48,704 nucleotides of DNA from contig CAZTYY010000002.1 in assembly GCA_964617785.1 (NCBI GenBank), positions 1 to 48,704 of the forward strand, written 5' to 3'. The notes beneath the pieces are model-generated. The model searched no databases, was not told where the DNA came from, and saw nothing but the letters and a program-made list of their open reading frames with translations. Each line of letters starts with the position of its first letter. Position 1 is the stretch's first letter. The translations under genes were made by a program, and so were the position numbers. Origin of the DNA: an uncultured Desulfobacterales bacterium. GTDB lineage: Bacteria; Desulfobacterota; Desulfobacteria; Desulfobacterales; SURF-7. This document shows, one piece after another, positions 46,571-48,704 of the stretch.

Positions 46571-47488
46571 TCATACGTCAATCGATGCTTTTTTAAATAT
46601 ACTCTTACATTCATTCAACTTGTCCTGACTCATCCATTCCGACATGGTTTTGTCATTGACGGCTGGATCTTCCATTCCTATTTTCAGATTCTTTTCCTGC
46701 CATAGCGGGTGATATGGCATCAGCTCTGCTTTTTTAACGTTGAATTCTTTAAGAAAGGATGCAATGGCATTTATGTTTTCCTCTGCGTCCGTCATACCGG
46801 GTATGACAGGTATTCTCGGCAGAATTTCAACGCCTCCTTTAAGATAAAGTGAGTAGAGGGATGTGAGATTTTCAAGAATAACGTTATTACCGACACCGCA
46901 CAACCGCCGATGCTCGTTATTCTCAAATATTTTTATATCGAAATAGATCAAGTCAAGATGCGGGTATACAAGATCCATAAATTTTTTCAGGCTAAACTGT
47001 CCGCATGTCTCGAGAAGTATATGAATGCCTTCAGCCTTACAAGCAATAATGAGCCGGGACAAAAAAGTCATAGACAGGGTCGGCTCTCCTCCAGAAAACG
47101 TAACCCCCCCGCCCGAGTTATCAAAGAACGGTTTATCCTTGATTACCTGTGCAACGATTTCTTCTACAGTCATTTCTATTCCAACCTTTGAAAGTGCGCC
47201 GGAAGGGCAACTTTCCGTACACTCAAAGCACAGACTACATTTTTCCCTGTCCACAAAAAACCGGCTGGATCTTGAAAGTGCGCCGTCATTGCAGGTTTCA
47301 ATGCATGTGTCACATCCGATGCACTCGGAAGAGTCAAAGGATATTTCATATCCCGGCACCTTACTTTCAGGGTTATGACACCATACACATGACAGCGGAC
47401 ATCCTTTCATGAACACAACCGTCCGTATTCCAGGCCCGTCATCAAGCGAGTTGCCCTTTATTTCCAGTGTCAGAGGTTCTTTGCTCAA
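46571..47488 (-). CDS. Second glycyl-radical-enzyme activating enzyme-like radical SAM protein (no adjacent GRE)
   Basis: 305 aa. DDGPGIRTVVFMKGCPLSCVWCHNPES (CX3CX2C), CIGCDTCIETC and CSLCFECTESCP, GGVTFSGGEPTL. Confidence 0.85.
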   Translation of the reverse strand: MSKEPLTLEIKGNSLDDGPGIRTVVFMKGCPLSCVWCHNPESKVPGYEISFDSSECIGCDTCIETCNDGALSRSSRFFVDREKCSLCFECTESCPSGALSKVGIEMTVEEIVAQVIKDKPFFDNSGGGVTFSGGEPTLSMTFLSRLIIACKAEGIHILLETCGQFSLKKFMDLVYPHLDLIYFDIKIFENNEHRRLCGVGNNVILENLTSLYSLYLKGGVEILPRIPVIPGMTDAEENINAIASFLKEFNVKKAELMPYHPLWQEKNLKIGMEDPAVNDKTMSEWMSQDKLNECKSIFKKASIDV

Positions 47489-47532
47489 TTGTCCCTGCCC
47501 TGCCTTTCATGGATTTTTATCGCATACAGCTG

Positions 47533-48291
47533 CTATAAACCTCTTTCTTTTTTCACCATTTCATATGCTTCCTGAATTTCCCGGAACTTGTCATTTGCAA
47601 ATTTCGTAAACTCTTCTGGAAGTCCTTTTGACGCGATGGTATCAGGGTGATATTCTCGGACAAGTTTCCTGTACTGCTGCTTTATCATATCATCTGCGGC
47701 ATTCGAATCAGTTCCAAGAACAGAATAATACTTATCGTTGTCATCTAAATATTTTGATTTCAGTTTTTGATAGGCATTCTCGTTGAAATTAAATATTCGA
47801 ACAGCTTCTTGGATTAACCTTTCTTCACTTTTACTCATCCTTCCGTCTGCAACAGAAACACGTATGAGTATATCGATCATCATCTCAAGAATCTGCAATC
47901 TGTAAGAAAATAGATTGTAGAACTGTGATGCAAAATTTCCAAACGACTCAGGCGACCGGGTTGCTGCCTGGAAAATTTCTCCTGCAACCCGCCTGCTTTC
48001 AGGGTCAAGGTTGAGATCATGAACCATAAACTGCTCAATCGACTTGATTTCTTCATCAGAAATTCGGCCGTCTGCTTTTGCAAGTTTCGCCAGCATTGAA
48101 AACGTTGCCACAAAAAATGTGAGCTGTTCCTCTTCACCTTCGGAAAGAGGCATTTTCACGCCTGGAGATGATAGATACTCTTGTTCATTTTTATCAAATG
48201 CGTGCCCGAATGTTGCACCGGCAACTGCCCCAAGAGGTCCTCCCAGTGCAAATCCAATTGTTCCGCCTACTACTTTACCAAGCCATCCCAT
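47533..48291 (-). CDS. djlA: DjlA-like co-chaperone (Gly-rich N-terminal membrane segment, TerB-like domain, C-terminal J domain)
   Basis: 252 aa. GWLGKVVGGTIGFALGGPLGAVAG. A TerB-like middle with two DG(R)xSxxE repeats. J domain YYSVLGTDSNAADDMIKQQYRKLVREYHPD. Confidence 0.78.
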   Translation of the reverse strand: MGWLGKVVGGTIGFALGGPLGAVAGATFGHAFDKNEQEYLSSPGVKMPLSEGEEEQLTFFVATFSMLAKLAKADGRISDEEIKSIEQFMVHDLNLDPESRRVAGEIFQAATRSPESFGNFASQFYNLFSYRLQILEMMIDILIRVSVADGRMSKSEERLIQEAVRIFNFNENAYQKLKSKYLDDNDKYYSVLGTDSNAADDMIKQQYRKLVREYHPDTIASKGLPEEFTKFANDKFREIQEAYEMVKKERGL

Positions 48292-48577
48292 TCTTTCCTC
48301 TTCTCTTTCAATATGTTCCTATTTTAATTCAATATTAAAATAAGGATTTGTTATTTAAAGACATCGCGCAAGTTAGAAATTTATCATAATTATGAATGCC
48401 TGATGCGTCAAGATAAAAAAGGGTCCAGAACATTCCCCAAAAACATGGCTCAAGCACTTGCAAACAGATTAAATTCTGGCGTTGAGCCGGACCATCAAAT
48501 GGGAAGGTCATTTTTTGATAAATTTTTGGGAAATTTTCAAAATATTTTTGCAAGACGATAAAATGGATGTTGGGTGG

Positions 48578-48599
48578 TACTGGCAACTCGTTGCCAGTA
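48578..48599. repeat. 10-bp perfect inverted repeat with a 2-nt spacer
   Basis: TACTGGCAAC tc GTTGCCAGTA in the non-coding-looking region upstream of djlA. Confidence 0.7.
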
Positions 48600-48704
48600 T
48601 CTGAAGGACAAGAAGCTGTCCAAAAAAATGGCCGTGCCCATATATTCACTTTCTCTACTTAAAACCAACCTGTATTCAATATGATTTTTGTTGCTTTGAA
48701 AATG

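Noticed and set aside
48578-48599. Sigma54 promoter (TGGCA...TTGC) within the palindrome
   Set aside because: The GG-to-GC spacing is 9 nt rather than the strict 10 nt of the -24/-12 consensus, and the match arises from the palindrome symmetry itself.
48335-48649. 104-aa minus-strand ORF upstream of djlA
   Set aside because: No recognisable domain, no RBS seen, and Trp/Phe/Cys-rich odd composition typical of chance ORFs in AT-rich spacers. Left unannotated.

Overview
This 48.7-kb window is AT-rich by eye and densely coded. The gene content looks like an anaerobic Desulfobacterota-type (sulfate-reducer-like) organism. That assignment is inferred from content only: tetraheme cytochrome c3, a glycyl-radical enzyme, BcrA/HgdC-type ATPases and many Fe-S proteins. 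No rRNA, tRNA or CRISPR array was recognised.

Layout from left to right:
1. A hybrid PAS sensor kinase, convergent with a TRAP transporter (TatT-DctQ-DctM) that has no substrate-binding gene beside it.
2. A long minus-strand housekeeping block, ileS-lspA-lgt-holA-recC-recB-recD.
3. A stand-alone 1473-aa double HgdC/BcrA-type ATPase fused to dehydratase-like domains.
4. A plus-strand accessory-looking block that alternates small cupins with membrane proteins (DUF554, YqaA-like, EI24/CysZ-like). It ends in two genes with large in-frame internal deletions: an FAH-family gene and an ADP-forming acyl-CoA synthetase alpha paralogue. An intact beta/alpha acyl-CoA synthetase pair follows.
5. A TPR lipoprotein.
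6. The most interesting region, about 31.8-41.8 kb. It holds a PAS-LuxR regulator plus a long acyl-CoA dehydrogenase, two tandem paralogous Cys-rich Fe-S proteins, an IS200/IS605 tnpA remnant abutting an orphan receiver gene, and a promoter-equipped operon of alpha/beta-hydrolase, uncharacterised glycyl-radical enzyme (Cys-x-Glu type) and activase.
7. A minus-strand cluster of cytochrome c3, small membrane protein, PP2C phosphatase and FHA protein. Its internal leader carries five GGA motifs at 10-nt spacing.
8. An SH3/coiled-coil membrane protein, then a second, orphan glycyl-radical activase in an operon with a secreted TPR protein and a NUDIX hydrolase, then a DjlA-like co-chaperone.

All functional calls rest on motif and family recognition by eye. 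No database search was run.
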